Positions 29,648-39,612 of a DNA stretch of 64,000 bases are shown one piece after another. Source of the DNA: a virus; IMG/VR virus record IMGVR_UViG_3300037606_000123, positions 59,032 to 123,031 of that record, one strand, 5' to 3'. The translations under genes and the position numbers were made by a program. Position 1 is the first letter of the stretch, and each line of letters begins with the position of its first letter. The notes under the pieces are model-generated. The model saw only the letters and a list, made by a program, of their open reading frames with translations, was not told the DNA's origin and searched no databases.

Positions 29648-30043
29648 ATGAAAATTGATTTACTATACATAAAAGAATCTAAAAGAATTATTGATACATA
29701 TGATGAACTAATTGAATATGTAAATAGTATTTATACTATATTAGATAATAATAAAAATATATTATTAGATATTCAAAAAGATATTTATAATATTGATAAT
29801 GATAACAAAGAAACAAAATTAGTAAGCTTAGAAAAATTACAAGAATGTATTTTAGAATACGATAAAGAAATAATAAAAATTCAAAAAGAATTAAATCCAT
29901 ATCTTACTAAAATAGAAAAAGTAAAAAAAGATAGTGTTTTATTATATAAAACCATTAAAGAAAACTATCCAGGTGTATCTGATACAGATTTACAAATACA
30001 AATACAAACACAAATAAAAGAATTAAAAAAAGAGGAATTATAA
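29648..30043 (+). CDS. Hypothetical coiled-coil protein
   Basis: 131-aa ORF ending at a bidirectional terminator (30025-30057). Confidence 0.65.
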   Translation: MKIDLLYIKESKRIIDTYDELIEYVNSIYTILDNNKNILLDIQKDIYNIDNDNKETKLVSLEKLQECILEYDKEIIKIQKELNPYLTKIEKVKKDSVLLYKTIKENYPGVSDTDLQIQIQTQIKELKKEEL

Positions 30044-30055
30044 TTCCTCTTTTTT

Positions 30056-33000
30056 TTAATCAAAAAACCCATTTATAACTGAATACGTTTTAACTGTTTT
30101 ATGTGTTGTAGCATAACCAGAATGCCAATATACTTCAACAGTAAAATGTGGATCTACATTTGTATTAATTGTTATTGATGTAGATCCAGCTGTATACATG
30201 TAATCACGAGCTATTTGTATATTTTGTAATGATTCTAAATTAGATATTTCCCAATTTACTGTAAACCCTGGTTCATTTCCAACGATAGTATTACTTATAC
30301 ATTTCCATATTTTATTATTATTATAAACAAAAACACCAACATTATATGTTAAATTTTCATCCCATACATTAACATCAAATGTACGTATAACATATTCAAA
30401 CCATTCAATAGTTTCAGCACTAAAAAATTCTACACTAATATCATATGAATTAGACCCCATTGTTGTTGGTTGTAAATAACCACTGACTTTAAAATCTACA
30501 GGTGATGCATATTCTTCAACTCTGAAATTTTTTGTCATATATGTTTCGTGTTTTAAATTAAAATTTTGTGGCATAACATACTTACCATTAATATCTAATA
30601 TTTTTGTTCCGAAAGGAATAATATTTTCAGTTAACCATTTTTTTAAACCAAGTAATTTAATTTTCACTTCTTCTAATGAATATGCATTTATAAAATTACC
30701 ATCAATATCTGTTATTTTATAATTTAAAGAGAATAAATTTGTTTTTCTAAATCCTTCATTACGTAAATTTTCGTATGCTAAATTTGAATATTCCCAACCG
30801 TCAATAGATTTATCAAGAATATTTAATAATTCCATATTTAATAACTGCCCAAATTTTGAACTTTCTGGATTAATGTTTTGAAAATATTCTGTAAACGTAA
30901 GATCATTATATCCAAAAAAATTAATTGCATGAATAACGCTTTTATAATTAGATAAATTATTAAAAATTTCTGGATATATTTCTATTAATTCTTTTCTTTT
31001 TCTATTTAAAAATATCCAATCAATACCTTTTTCACTAATGTCAACATCTTTAAAAATATAAATATCTTGTAATTTTAAAATATTTAAATTTTTATTATTT
31101 AAATTTATTTTATGTCTTTCATCTTCACTTTCACTTTCACCGTAAACATCAAAATATGCAATAACTTTTGGTACAATATTTAATTGTAAATTGAAACGTC
31201 TATTTGATACTATTGCATTACCAGATATATCATAATATGGTGCTATTGGTGAAGCTACTACTTTTACAGATGTTTCTGGAAGTACATCTGTATTAAATAT
31301 AATTTTATGCATTTGTACTTCTTTAATCATATATTTTTTACCACTATTTAACATTGTAGCAATTTTTAATCCATCTGAATTTGTGTCAGTTGCTATAAAT
31401 TGAACAATTTGACCTGGATTAAAACCTAAAAATAAAAAATTAAATGTAGTTGTTGGAGATTGTAATTCTAAATAATTATCATTAAACACCCATAAATCGT
31501 CAGTTAAATTTATATTTGTTGTTACATCATATTTAATATTTTCAATCATTTCCATATAAACACGGGCTTTATTCCAACCTTCAATTTCTGCATTATACCC
31601 TATAAATAATTGTAAAGGATCAGGTTCAATTCCAGCATTAACGTTATCATCGGTAAATGGTAATTTATATTTAATTTCATTAAATACAGTTTGTTGTTTA
31701 ACTGGGTTATTTACATCATTTAAAATAGTATTTGGTTTATCAATTAATTTTAATGTTATTTCACCATCCGGACCACATAACGGCATAATACCATTATAAG
31801 TCGGAAAAAATTCTGATACTGGTTTTAATTGATTACCTGTAAAATCATAAAAGAAAAAATCATTTATTTCTGTGTCTTTCCATGTAAAATTAATATTACA
31901 TTCTAAATCATTTTCACTAAAACCATATTTAGGAAATCTTATAAAATAATCTGAAATTATATTTAAATCAAAAACTGGTAATCCTTGTTGCCAAAATGCA
32001 CCTTGATATGATAATGAAATAATTTCATTATCTAAACTAATAATATTATATGATTTATTTTGTGGAACTTTAATAGCTCCAGATATAGATATTTTTTGTC
32101 CTGTAGAATAATAATCTAAAAAATTATAAACACCAGCATTACATCTTATTTCATTTCCACTTATAATTGAACCTATACTATTTGTAGTATGATTAGTTTC
32201 GTATACAGATAAATCACCAGATTTAGGAATATATCCGATATTATATTTTATATCTAATATTTTTTCTGTATCTAATAAATTAAAATGTATTTTATTTGCA
32301 GTATTAGAAACTAATATTCCTAATGTTCTTAATATTGCTTGATATGTATTTATCCATTTTGTTACTGTTATTATATCATTTGTATCAAATGTGACAATAT
32401 AATTATTATCGTTTATATTTAATAATAATTGTGATTTTATATTATTAAATTCTATATCTTTATATTGTACATAAAAAATTGTATTATCACCAAAATTTAA
32501 TTCAACAAATACTGGAACATTTGGGTAATCACATGTAATATTTAAAGTATCACCTAATACTGTTGTATTTGTTTGTGAAATATTAATACCAATACTTGCT
32601 AATACTGTAGAATAAACTGTAATAAAATCACCAATTGTGTTATTAATATCAGTATCAAAATCAACATCGTATGTAATACCATTAATTCTAAGATTTAAAC
32701 CAAATGCATCAATTGAATTAAATATTATATTACGGTTATATAATGTACTATCAGAAAGAATATTATCTTCTATCGTTAATGCTTCTTTAACAAATAATGG
32801 ATAAATTGTATATTGATTAATTAATACTGGATAATTTGTTATAATATTACTAGAATTAATTACATTTACATTAATTGATGTATATGTTTCAACATAATCA
32901 GAAATTATATGCAATTCATCAGTTTCTGTAATATACTCTAATCTATTTCCACCTGGTAAATTTAATAATTCATCTTTATATTTATTTACAATTGTCCAAT

Positions 33001-34099
33001 ATGTTAATGGTAATGAATATGTATTATTATTATCTAATACTATATCTTGTTCTATTGTAAATATATTTGTTGCTAAATAAATATAACAATCAATAATTTG
33101 TACACCAACTGACGTATTTACAGTTATTGTATTTGTTAATTTATCAAGACCAATTATTGTATACTGTATTAAATTCGATAATAATAATGGCGTTGTCTTT
33201 ATTTGTGCTTGTATGGTATCACCAATTTTTAAAAATGATGGTATATATGGTATATTTATATTGGACACACCAGAACCACCAAAATCAACTACACCGTCAA
33301 CTAATTGTATATTAGTTGTTCTCAATTCTATATCAATTTTTAATTTGTCACCTATTGTTGGAGCAAACAATGCTGGTGATAATTTAATAAAATCTCTTGT
33401 ATAATCATTACAAACTGTATCTATAGTATAAATACCACTATTTTCAGAATTAGTAATATATGATATTTTTTTATTATTGTATATTTTTGCAGTTAATCCA
33501 GTTTCATTCCATAATGGTTCTGCTGGTAAACCTGTTAAACTTTGTTGCACCTCAATAATATTTACCGGTACAATCATTGCAGTTGTTGCTATAAATGGTG
33601 CTAATGTAATATTGTTTGTTGTATCTGTCCAAACTAATATTTTACCGTTTTGTACACCTAAAACCTTTCTAACTTGTAAGTTACCATTTATAGTGTTAAA
33701 ATCAGTGTTATGATAACCATTTAAACCAGTAATATAACACCACATACCCGGATAAAAATATTTTTCTATATTATCGGCATAAATCCATTTAGTATTATAA
33801 TTAGAATTTTCATTAACTAATTCAATATTATTTATAATTAATTCAGTTGCATCATATTTTGGATATGTTCTAAATCCATTCGTATTAAATACTTGAAATT
33901 TTTCTAAATGTGTTTGAAGTGAATTATTTGAACCTGGCACTTTTTCAAACATATAAATACCTTGTGTTTTATATGTATCTGTTGAATTTTTATCGAAATA
34001 TATTTTTCCATTCCACATGTTTAAATCAGAATCAAAATTTAAATTCATTGGATTACCTTCTTTATTGAAAAACAATAAGTCTTTTACTTGTAATGTCAT
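30056..34099 (-). CDS. Large putative baseplate/virion structural protein
   Basis: 1347 aa, N/T/I-rich beta character, AATATATA late element at 34104-34111. The specific family was not recognised. Confidence 0.5.
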   Translation of the reverse strand: MTLQVKDLLFFNKEGNPMNLNFDSDLNMWNGKIYFDKNSTDTYKTQGIYMFEKVPGSNNSLQTHLEKFQVFNTNGFRTYPKYDATELIINNIELVNENSNYNTKWIYADNIEKYFYPGMWCYITGLNGYHNTDFNTINGNLQVRKVLGVQNGKILVWTDTTNNITLAPFIATTAMIVPVNIIEVQQSLTGLPAEPLWNETGLTAKIYNNKKISYITNSENSGIYTIDTVCNDYTRDFIKLSPALFAPTIGDKLKIDIELRTTNIQLVDGVVDFGGSGVSNINIPYIPSFLKIGDTIQAQIKTTPLLLSNLIQYTIIGLDKLTNTITVNTSVGVQIIDCYIYLATNIFTIEQDIVLDNNNTYSLPLTYWTIVNKYKDELLNLPGGNRLEYITETDELHIISDYVETYTSINVNVINSSNIITNYPVLINQYTIYPLFVKEALTIEDNILSDSTLYNRNIIFNSIDAFGLNLRINGITYDVDFDTDINNTIGDFITVYSTVLASIGINISQTNTTVLGDTLNITCDYPNVPVFVELNFGDNTIFYVQYKDIEFNNIKSQLLLNINDNNYIVTFDTNDIITVTKWINTYQAILRTLGILVSNTANKIHFNLLDTEKILDIKYNIGYIPKSGDLSVYETNHTTNSIGSIISGNEIRCNAGVYNFLDYYSTGQKISISGAIKVPQNKSYNIISLDNEIISLSYQGAFWQQGLPVFDLNIISDYFIRFPKYGFSENDLECNINFTWKDTEINDFFFYDFTGNQLKPVSEFFPTYNGIMPLCGPDGEITLKLIDKPNTILNDVNNPVKQQTVFNEIKYKLPFTDDNVNAGIEPDPLQLFIGYNAEIEGWNKARVYMEMIENIKYDVTTNINLTDDLWVFNDNYLELQSPTTTFNFLFLGFNPGQIVQFIATDTNSDGLKIATMLNSGKKYMIKEVQMHKIIFNTDVLPETSVKVVASPIAPYYDISGNAIVSNRRFNLQLNIVPKVIAYFDVYGESESEDERHKINLNNKNLNILKLQDIYIFKDVDISEKGIDWIFLNRKRKELIEIYPEIFNNLSNYKSVIHAINFFGYNDLTFTEYFQNINPESSKFGQLLNMELLNILDKSIDGWEYSNLAYENLRNEGFRKTNLFSLNYKITDIDGNFINAYSLEEVKIKLLGLKKWLTENIIPFGTKILDINGKYVMPQNFNLKHETYMTKNFRVEEYASPVDFKVSGYLQPTTMGSNSYDISVEFFSAETIEWFEYVIRTFDVNVWDENLTYNVGVFVYNNNKIWKCISNTIVGNEPGFTVNWEISNLESLQNIQIARDYMYTAGSTSITINTNVDPHFTVEVYWHSGYATTHKTVKTYSVINGFFD

Positions 34100-34165
34100 A
34101 AAATATATATTAAAGAATTAAACTTTTGTATATAATCTTTATAAAATTATTATTATATTTGTAAT

Positions 34166-34630
34166 ATGAAATTAATAAATCACAAAACGTATTTAGAAAT
34201 GGCTGATAAGTTATCTAACATTTCAAAATGTGCAAAACATAAAGTTGGCGCTTTAATCGTTAAAGATGGTAGAATTGTTAGTAATGGTGTAAATGGTACA
34301 CCAAGTGGTTTTACTAATTGTTGTGATAAATTCCATGATAGTGATTTACATATTGAACCAAAACGTACGGAACATAGAGAGTGGGCAGAAATTTATGAAA
34401 TACATGCAGAGATGAATGCTATCTTGTTTGCAGGTAAAAAAGGGGTAAGATTAGAAAACGCTACACTTTATTGTAATTTAGAACCATGTTTTAATTGTTT
34501 AAAACATGCAATAACTGTAGGTATTAAAACAATATACTATTCTAAAAAACATAAATCAAATATAGAATCAGAAGAAGCACTTAATTTAATAAATAAATTA
34601 AACATAAAAATTATCCATATTGAAATTTGA
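34166..34630 (+). CDS. dCMP deaminase
   Basis: KVGALIV..GRI.S.G.NG.P, HAEMNA and PCFNC zinc motifs. Confidence 0.92.
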   Translation: MKLINHKTYLEMADKLSNISKCAKHKVGALIVKDGRIVSNGVNGTPSGFTNCCDKFHDSDLHIEPKRTEHREWAEIYEIHAEMNAILFAGKKGVRLENATLYCNLEPCFNCLKHAITVGIKTIYYSKKHKSNIESEEALNLINKLNIKIIHIEI

Positions 34631-35151
34631 AAACATTACACATTAATTTTTGGGCCGGACCGGGCACAGGAAAATCAACAATTGCCGCAGCTATTTTTGC
34701 AAACTTAAAATGGTTAGATAAAGATTGTGAATTAATTAGTGAGTACGCTAAAGATATGGTTTGGGAAGAATCATTTAAAAAATTAACAAATCAGATTTAT
34801 ATTTTTAGTAAACAACACAAAAAACATTTTGTATTAGACGGTAAAGTTGATTATGTTATTACAGATTCAGCAATACCATTAACATGTATTTATGATAATG
34901 ATACAAAATATTTAAAAGAATTAGTATTATCAGAATTTAATAAGTTTAATAATTTAAACATTTTATTAAAACGCACAAAAAAATATAATACGAACGGACG
35001 GACACAAACCTTTGATGAAGCTATTAGTGTTGATAATAAGATACTAAACTTTATGAAAAATTGCCATATACCATATTATGAATTAGACGCAACACCCGAT
35101 TGTGTACAACAAATAATGGATATAATAAAAAATACCAAACCTATGATTTGA
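34627..35151 (+). CDS. NadR-like/AAA_28 P-loop kinase
   Basis: NFWAGPGTGKST, SEYAK, ITDS; TTG start overlapping the upstream TGA. Confidence 0.7.
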   Translation: MKTLHINFWAGPGTGKSTIAAAIFANLKWLDKDCELISEYAKDMVWEESFKKLTNQIYIFSKQHKKHFVLDGKVDYVITDSAIPLTCIYDNDTKYLKELVLSEFNKFNNLNILLKRTKKYNTNGRTQTFDEAISVDNKILNFMKNCHIPYYELDATPDCVQQIMDIIKNTKPMI

Positions 35152-35966
35152 ATAAAATTACAGTTGAAGAAATTCAAGAAAAATTAAAATATTTTGATGA
35201 TCCAAAATTTATTTTTAATGCAGAAGAACACGTTTATCGATATGATAATAAAAGAATATTTGGAGTTACATCATTTTTAGAAAGATTTATAAAACAATTT
35301 GATTCAGATTTTTGGTCAAAGAAAAAAGCAGAACAAGCTGGTATAACACAAGAAGAAATGTTAGCCCAATGGGATGCAAAACGAGATAGATCGTGTGATT
35401 TAGGACATTGTGTTCATGATTACATTGAAAAATTTTATATGGAAGGTTCTGAATTATTAACAGAAGATGTTGAAGCTAATGAAAGAATTGTAAAATTTCA
35501 TACAATATATGAAAGTAAATTAAAATCACTAACACCAATAGGTTCAGAAATTAGAGTATTTTCTAAAAAATGGGGTATAGCAGGAACATTAGATCAGTTA
35601 TATTTATATGAAGGATCAGTTATTATTGGTGACTGGAAAACAAATAAAGAAATTAAAACAGATAAATCATATTGTTTCAATAAATTATTACCACCATTTC
35701 AAAATTATAAAGATAATGAATTAAATAAATATTCATTACAAATATCTTTATATAGACTATTATTAGAAGAAGCTGGAATACATACCGATTATGGTTTTAT
35801 TTGTCATATTCCTGGAAAAGGCGATGCAGCTATTTATAAATTAAAAGATTTTAGAGCAGAATTAAAAACATATTTTAATCATATGTTTTTAAATGATATT
35901 GAATTAACAGATGCAATAGAATTAAAAAAATTAAGTAAAGAAATAAAATTATCAAAAGTTTGGTAA
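35148..35966 (+). CDS. PD-(D/E)xK (RecB-family) exonuclease
   Basis: GHCVHDYIE, SEIRV, IAGTLD, GDWKT, QISLY. TTG start at 35148 (MNKITVEE) overlaps the upstream TGA. Confidence 0.8.
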   Translation: MNKITVEEIQEKLKYFDDPKFIFNAEEHVYRYDNKRIFGVTSFLERFIKQFDSDFWSKKKAEQAGITQEEMLAQWDAKRDRSCDLGHCVHDYIEKFYMEGSELLTEDVEANERIVKFHTIYESKLKSLTPIGSEIRVFSKKWGIAGTLDQLYLYEGSVIIGDWKTNKEIKTDKSYCFNKLLPPFQNYKDNELNKYSLQISLYRLLLEEAGIHTDYGFICHIPGKGDAAIYKLKDFRAELKTYFNHMFLNDIELTDAIELKKLSKEIKLSKVW

Positions 35967-35985
35967 TTTTTATTATATTTGTATT

Positions 35986-36561
35986 ATGAATAAAATTATA
36001 TTTGTTGAAGGTGCTCGCAACGTTGGAAAAACGTTTCTTTTAGATAAATTAGATAATGATTACATTATTTATAAATTTCCATTCAGTCAATATTTTAATG
36101 AATTACATACATACAATATTAATGAAGAAAAACAAAAATTAAATTCAGACCCAAAGTTATTCTTTTTAACTTTGGGTTATGATATTACAATACTTGATTT
36201 AGCATCCAAAGGACTTCTTAAACAAGATTTATTTGTAGATAGAGGTATTATATCAGATTTAGTATTTGGAATACAAGCAGGACGTATAAATAAAGAATTT
36301 GCTATTGTTGTATTAAAATGGATCATTGAAAATTATGGTGATGTTTTTAAAATATTATATATTACAGCAGATAATAAAACAGATGAACGCGCTAAAGATG
36401 ATTGGAATCATTATGATAAATCATTATCAAATGAAATATTTTTTAATTTAATAAAAGATATTAATGTTTTTCCATATTATTTTAATAACGATTTTAATAA
36501 TGAATCAATTATTAGATTTAAAAAATGTGTTTCTAATATAACAACGGATATTATTTTTTAA
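35986..36561 (+). CDS. Deoxynucleoside monophosphate (thymidylate-type) kinase
   Basis: IFVEGARNVGKT P-loop and DRGIISD..F motif. Confidence 0.7.
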   Translation: MNKIIFVEGARNVGKTFLLDKLDNDYIIYKFPFSQYFNELHTYNINEEKQKLNSDPKLFFLTLGYDITILDLASKGLLKQDLFVDRGIISDLVFGIQAGRINKEFAIVVLKWIIENYGDVFKILYITADNKTDERAKDDWNHYDKSLSNEIFFNLIKDINVFPYYFNNDFNNESIIRFKKCVSNITTDIIF

Positions 36562-36563
36562 AA

Positions 36564-36944
36564 TTAATTACTAATCCATTTTTTACCATTCCAATATGAC
36601 CAATCAACATTACCTGGAACCCATTCCATATCAATTTCAATATTTAATTTATCAATATTATCATATTTTTTTACTACTGTATTAATAATCCAATCATTTA
36701 ATGCTTTTATATCAAAAGGATTTGAATCACCTAAAACTATTGCAAGTTTTAATTCTTTTTTATTATAATAAGTGTTTCCATATTCACCATTACACATTAA
36801 ATGTAATGCTTCCGCAAATTTTTGTAATCGTTTCATATCAATAATGCTATCAAAAGTAATAATATTATTTTCATTAATAGAATCTATTGATTCATAATGT
36901 GTTATTTTTTTATTATTTTTAAATTTATTAATAGTTGTTATCAT
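36564..36944 (-). CDS. Tagged (MITTINKF) hypothetical protein
   Basis: N-terminus MITTINKFK..HYES. Confidence 0.7.
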   Translation of the reverse strand: MITTINKFKNNKKITHYESIDSINENNIITFDSIIDMKRLQKFAEALHLMCNGEYGNTYYNKKELKLAIVLGDSNPFDIKALNDWIINTVVKKYDNIDKLNIEIDMEWVPGNVDWSYWNGKKWISN

Positions 36945-36948
36945 AATA

Positions 36949-38115
36949 TTATATATTATTTTTATTTAATACATACAAAATTTGACCGCTATTTGACCAA
37001 TCTAAATATTCTTCTGTAATAATATCACATGCTTTAAAAATATGTAATTCTGTACGTTCTGTATCTTCAATATTACCAAATATTTGATTTTCTTTTGTTT
37101 TTAAAATATCAAATTCCAAATCAGATAATTGATATGAATACAACCAATTTTTATGTGTTAATAAAGTAGAACAAATTTGTCGTTCACCTTCAAATATAAG
37201 TTTTTCTATGTTTGGTTGAAATCCAGTTTCTTCTTCTAACTCTTCTATTATTCTTTCTTTAGGATCAACACCAGGTTTAACACTTGATCCACCAGGTAAT
37301 TCATAAACTAACCCTTTTGTATTATTAACTGGTGATCTGAATTCAGAAACTAATATAATTTCTGATTTTAGGAAATTTTCAGTGTTTAAATGATATAAAA
37401 CACATGAACTAATATCAGGTCTTGAAAAAACAAATTCATTATTTTTATATCTATTTTCTGATTTGATAAATATGTTAACCCATAAACTGAATGCGAATAT
37501 TTTATTATTAGATGGGATTCTATATGTTTTTAAAACTTTAGCATCTGAAATCCAATTACCATTACTACGTAATTGCTTGTACCATGATTGAAATTGATCT
37601 AGTTGCCATATTTCTTGTGGTATAAATCTTTCACCATCTAATCTTGAATAATTATCTTGTATGTCTATAATATGTCTAATACCATTAGATAATTCATGAA
37701 ATGCTGGTACTTTTAATTCTTTGGCCCACCATTCTTGATAACGAACTTTATCAGCTGTTAATTCAGTAATTAAAACACATTTACCTGAATCTTTCCAATA
37801 ACCCCATTCATCGTTAGTTGTTAAACCATATAATTCTGTATCTAAATTTCTATTAATATAAAATATAATATTGTCTGCAATTTTTAAACATTTACTTTCC
37901 CATAATATTTGTGTTTGATAATTTAAATCTTCAAAGTTTCCATCTTTACCTTCTGGTATAAAAACAACACCATCATATTCTAAAATTTCTAAAATTTTAA
38001 TTGCTTTTTCTCTCCAACTTACACCTTTTTGACCAGGTCTTAAACTAGGACCAGCTAAAAATATAGATTTACTTATTTCATTTGGTATTGCTTCTTGAGC
38101 ATATATTAATTTCAT
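36949..38115 (-). CDS. Nucleoside 2-deoxyribosyltransferase-like domain fused to a Nudix hydrolase
   Basis: SIFLAGP..SWRE..VFIPE..QILWE..L..AD.I.F N-domain; ELPGGS..EELEEETG C-domain. Confidence 0.75.
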   Translation of the reverse strand: MKLIYAQEAIPNEISKSIFLAGPSLRPGQKGVSWREKAIKILEILEYDGVVFIPEGKDGNFEDLNYQTQILWESKCLKIADNIIFYINRNLDTELYGLTTNDEWGYWKDSGKCVLITELTADKVRYQEWWAKELKVPAFHELSNGIRHIIDIQDNYSRLDGERFIPQEIWQLDQFQSWYKQLRSNGNWISDAKVLKTYRIPSNNKIFAFSLWVNIFIKSENRYKNNEFVFSRPDISSCVLYHLNTENFLKSEIILVSEFRSPVNNTKGLVYELPGGSSVKPGVDPKERIIEELEEETGFQPNIEKLIFEGERQICSTLLTHKNWLYSYQLSDLEFDILKTKENQIFGNIEDTERTELHIFKACDIITEEYLDWSNSGQILYVLNKNNI

Positions 38116-38117
38116 AT

Positions 38118-38268
38118 TTATTTTAAAATTTTTATTTGATTTGTATTAAAAATTATTATTATTTTATAAACACCATCATCATAATAATTTGTTGTTACAT
38201 TATTTACAATAACAGAATCATATCCATCAGAAATTAATTTATTTTTAAATTTTAATAGATGTTATCAT
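38118..38268 (-). pseudogene. Frameshifted remnant: capsid-targeting-like tag joined to an ADP-ribosyltransferase-like C-terminal stub
   Basis: ATG ATA ACA TCT ATT AAA A|TTT AAA..; the shifted frame gives FKNKLISDGYDSVIV..YKIIIIFNTNQIKILK-stop. Length 151 nt; AATATATA element upstream at 38298-38305. Confidence 0.55.
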
Positions 38269-38316
38269 AATTTATTTTTTTAATAGATTTAATAATTTAT
38301 ATATTAAAAAAATAAA

Positions 38317-39159
38317 TTATATTGCCATTGGAACAGGTTTCATTTTACCATCGTGCTGGTAATTTAATAATTCAACATCAGAATATTGTAAATTACAAAT
38401 ATCTTCTAATGTATTTAATTCTTTATTAATTTTTAATGTTGGTAATGGATATGATTTTTTAGTTTTAAATTCATCATATTGTTCTAATCCATTTAAATAT
38501 AAATGTGTATCAGCTGATGTCATAACTAATTCACCCACTTCCATTTTTAAAGCGTGTGCTAAAAGATTTGTTAGTAAAGCATAACATTGCATATCATATG
38601 AAAAACCGTTCCATACATCTAAACTACGCATCAAAAATTGACAACTTAATTTATTATTTCTAACATAAAATGATGATATAATATGACATGGTGGTAATGC
38701 TGCTTCATGTAATCTTGCAGGATGCCATGCTGTCATAACCATTCTTCTATCTGTTGGATTATTTTTTAGTGTATTAAATATATTTTGTAATTGATCAACA
38801 CCATCAAAATTTCTCCATATTGCACCATAAGCATAACCAATATTACCAACTGGTAAATCAGTTAATCCTCTATTATCTAAAAATTCTCTACTTGTATTAC
38901 CTTTCCAAATATTTATATTATTATCTTCTAGCCATAACTTTGAATCAGATGAACCATTTAAAAACATCATTGTTTCGTAAAATGAAATTTTAAATGAGTG
39001 TTGTCTTTTAGTAAGAATCGGAAATCCTTCATGTAAATTTACTCTAATTTGTTGTGTAAATAATGATTTTGTGTTTATACCAGTTCTATTTTCCGATAAT
39101 TCACCATTTTTTAAAATATTATTTAATAATATCGTATACTGTTTGTCTAATTTATTCAT
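38317..39159 (-). CDS. thyA: Thymidylate synthase family enzyme with Asp at the E. coli Asn177 position
   Basis: GFPILTKR, YGAIWR, DRRM..AW, LPPCH, MRSLDVWNGFSYD, ADTHLY. Start at ATG 39159 (MNKLDKQY). Confidence 0.9.
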   Translation of the reverse strand: MNKLDKQYTILLNNILKNGELSENRTGINTKSLFTQQIRVNLHEGFPILTKRQHSFKISFYETMMFLNGSSDSKLWLEDNNINIWKGNTSREFLDNRGLTDLPVGNIGYAYGAIWRNFDGVDQLQNIFNTLKNNPTDRRMVMTAWHPARLHEAALPPCHIISSFYVRNNKLSCQFLMRSLDVWNGFSYDMQCYALLTNLLAHALKMEVGELVMTSADTHLYLNGLEQYDEFKTKKSYPLPTLKINKELNTLEDICNLQYSDVELLNYQHDGKMKPVPMAI

Positions 39160-39379
39160 AACTCTTATATAGTAAAAAATATATAATGTTTTAAATAATA
39201 AAACAAATAAATATATACTAATAATAATAATAAATTCTATGTAAACAAACCTACGAGATAGTATCAAATACGTAAATTTTTGATTAATATAATCAATATA
39301 ATATTAAAGATGGTATCAAAAATATTATAAAAAAAATAAATTATTATTAAAAAAAAAATAAAAAAAAACAAATTAATTT

Positions 39380-39562
39380 ATGCAAGCAGAACTAATAAAA
39401 AACGAAAAGGTTTCAGATAGAGATATGGTACAATTTAGAGAAAATTTTGTAAAACATTACTGTATATCAAAAAATTGGGATAAATGTAATTTATCATTTG
39501 AACAAATTTTAGAAATTCGCTCACACCATGAATGGAAAACACCAGGTATGGTTCGTTCTTAA
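39380..39562 (+). CDS. Small hypothetical protein
   Basis: 60-aa ORF with A-rich leader, ending near a terminator (about 39588-39612). Confidence 0.55.
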   Translation: MQAELIKNEKVSDRDMVQFRENFVKHYCISKNWDKCNLSFEQILEIRSHHEWKTPGMVRS

Positions 39563-39612
39563 TTTATTCTTAATATTAATATTAACTAAATCCTAGAGAA
39601 ATCTAGGATTTT

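Noticed and set aside
35148-35966. Cas4
   Set aside because: RecB-like motifs are present but the four Fe-S cysteines are not, and there is no array or other cas gene.
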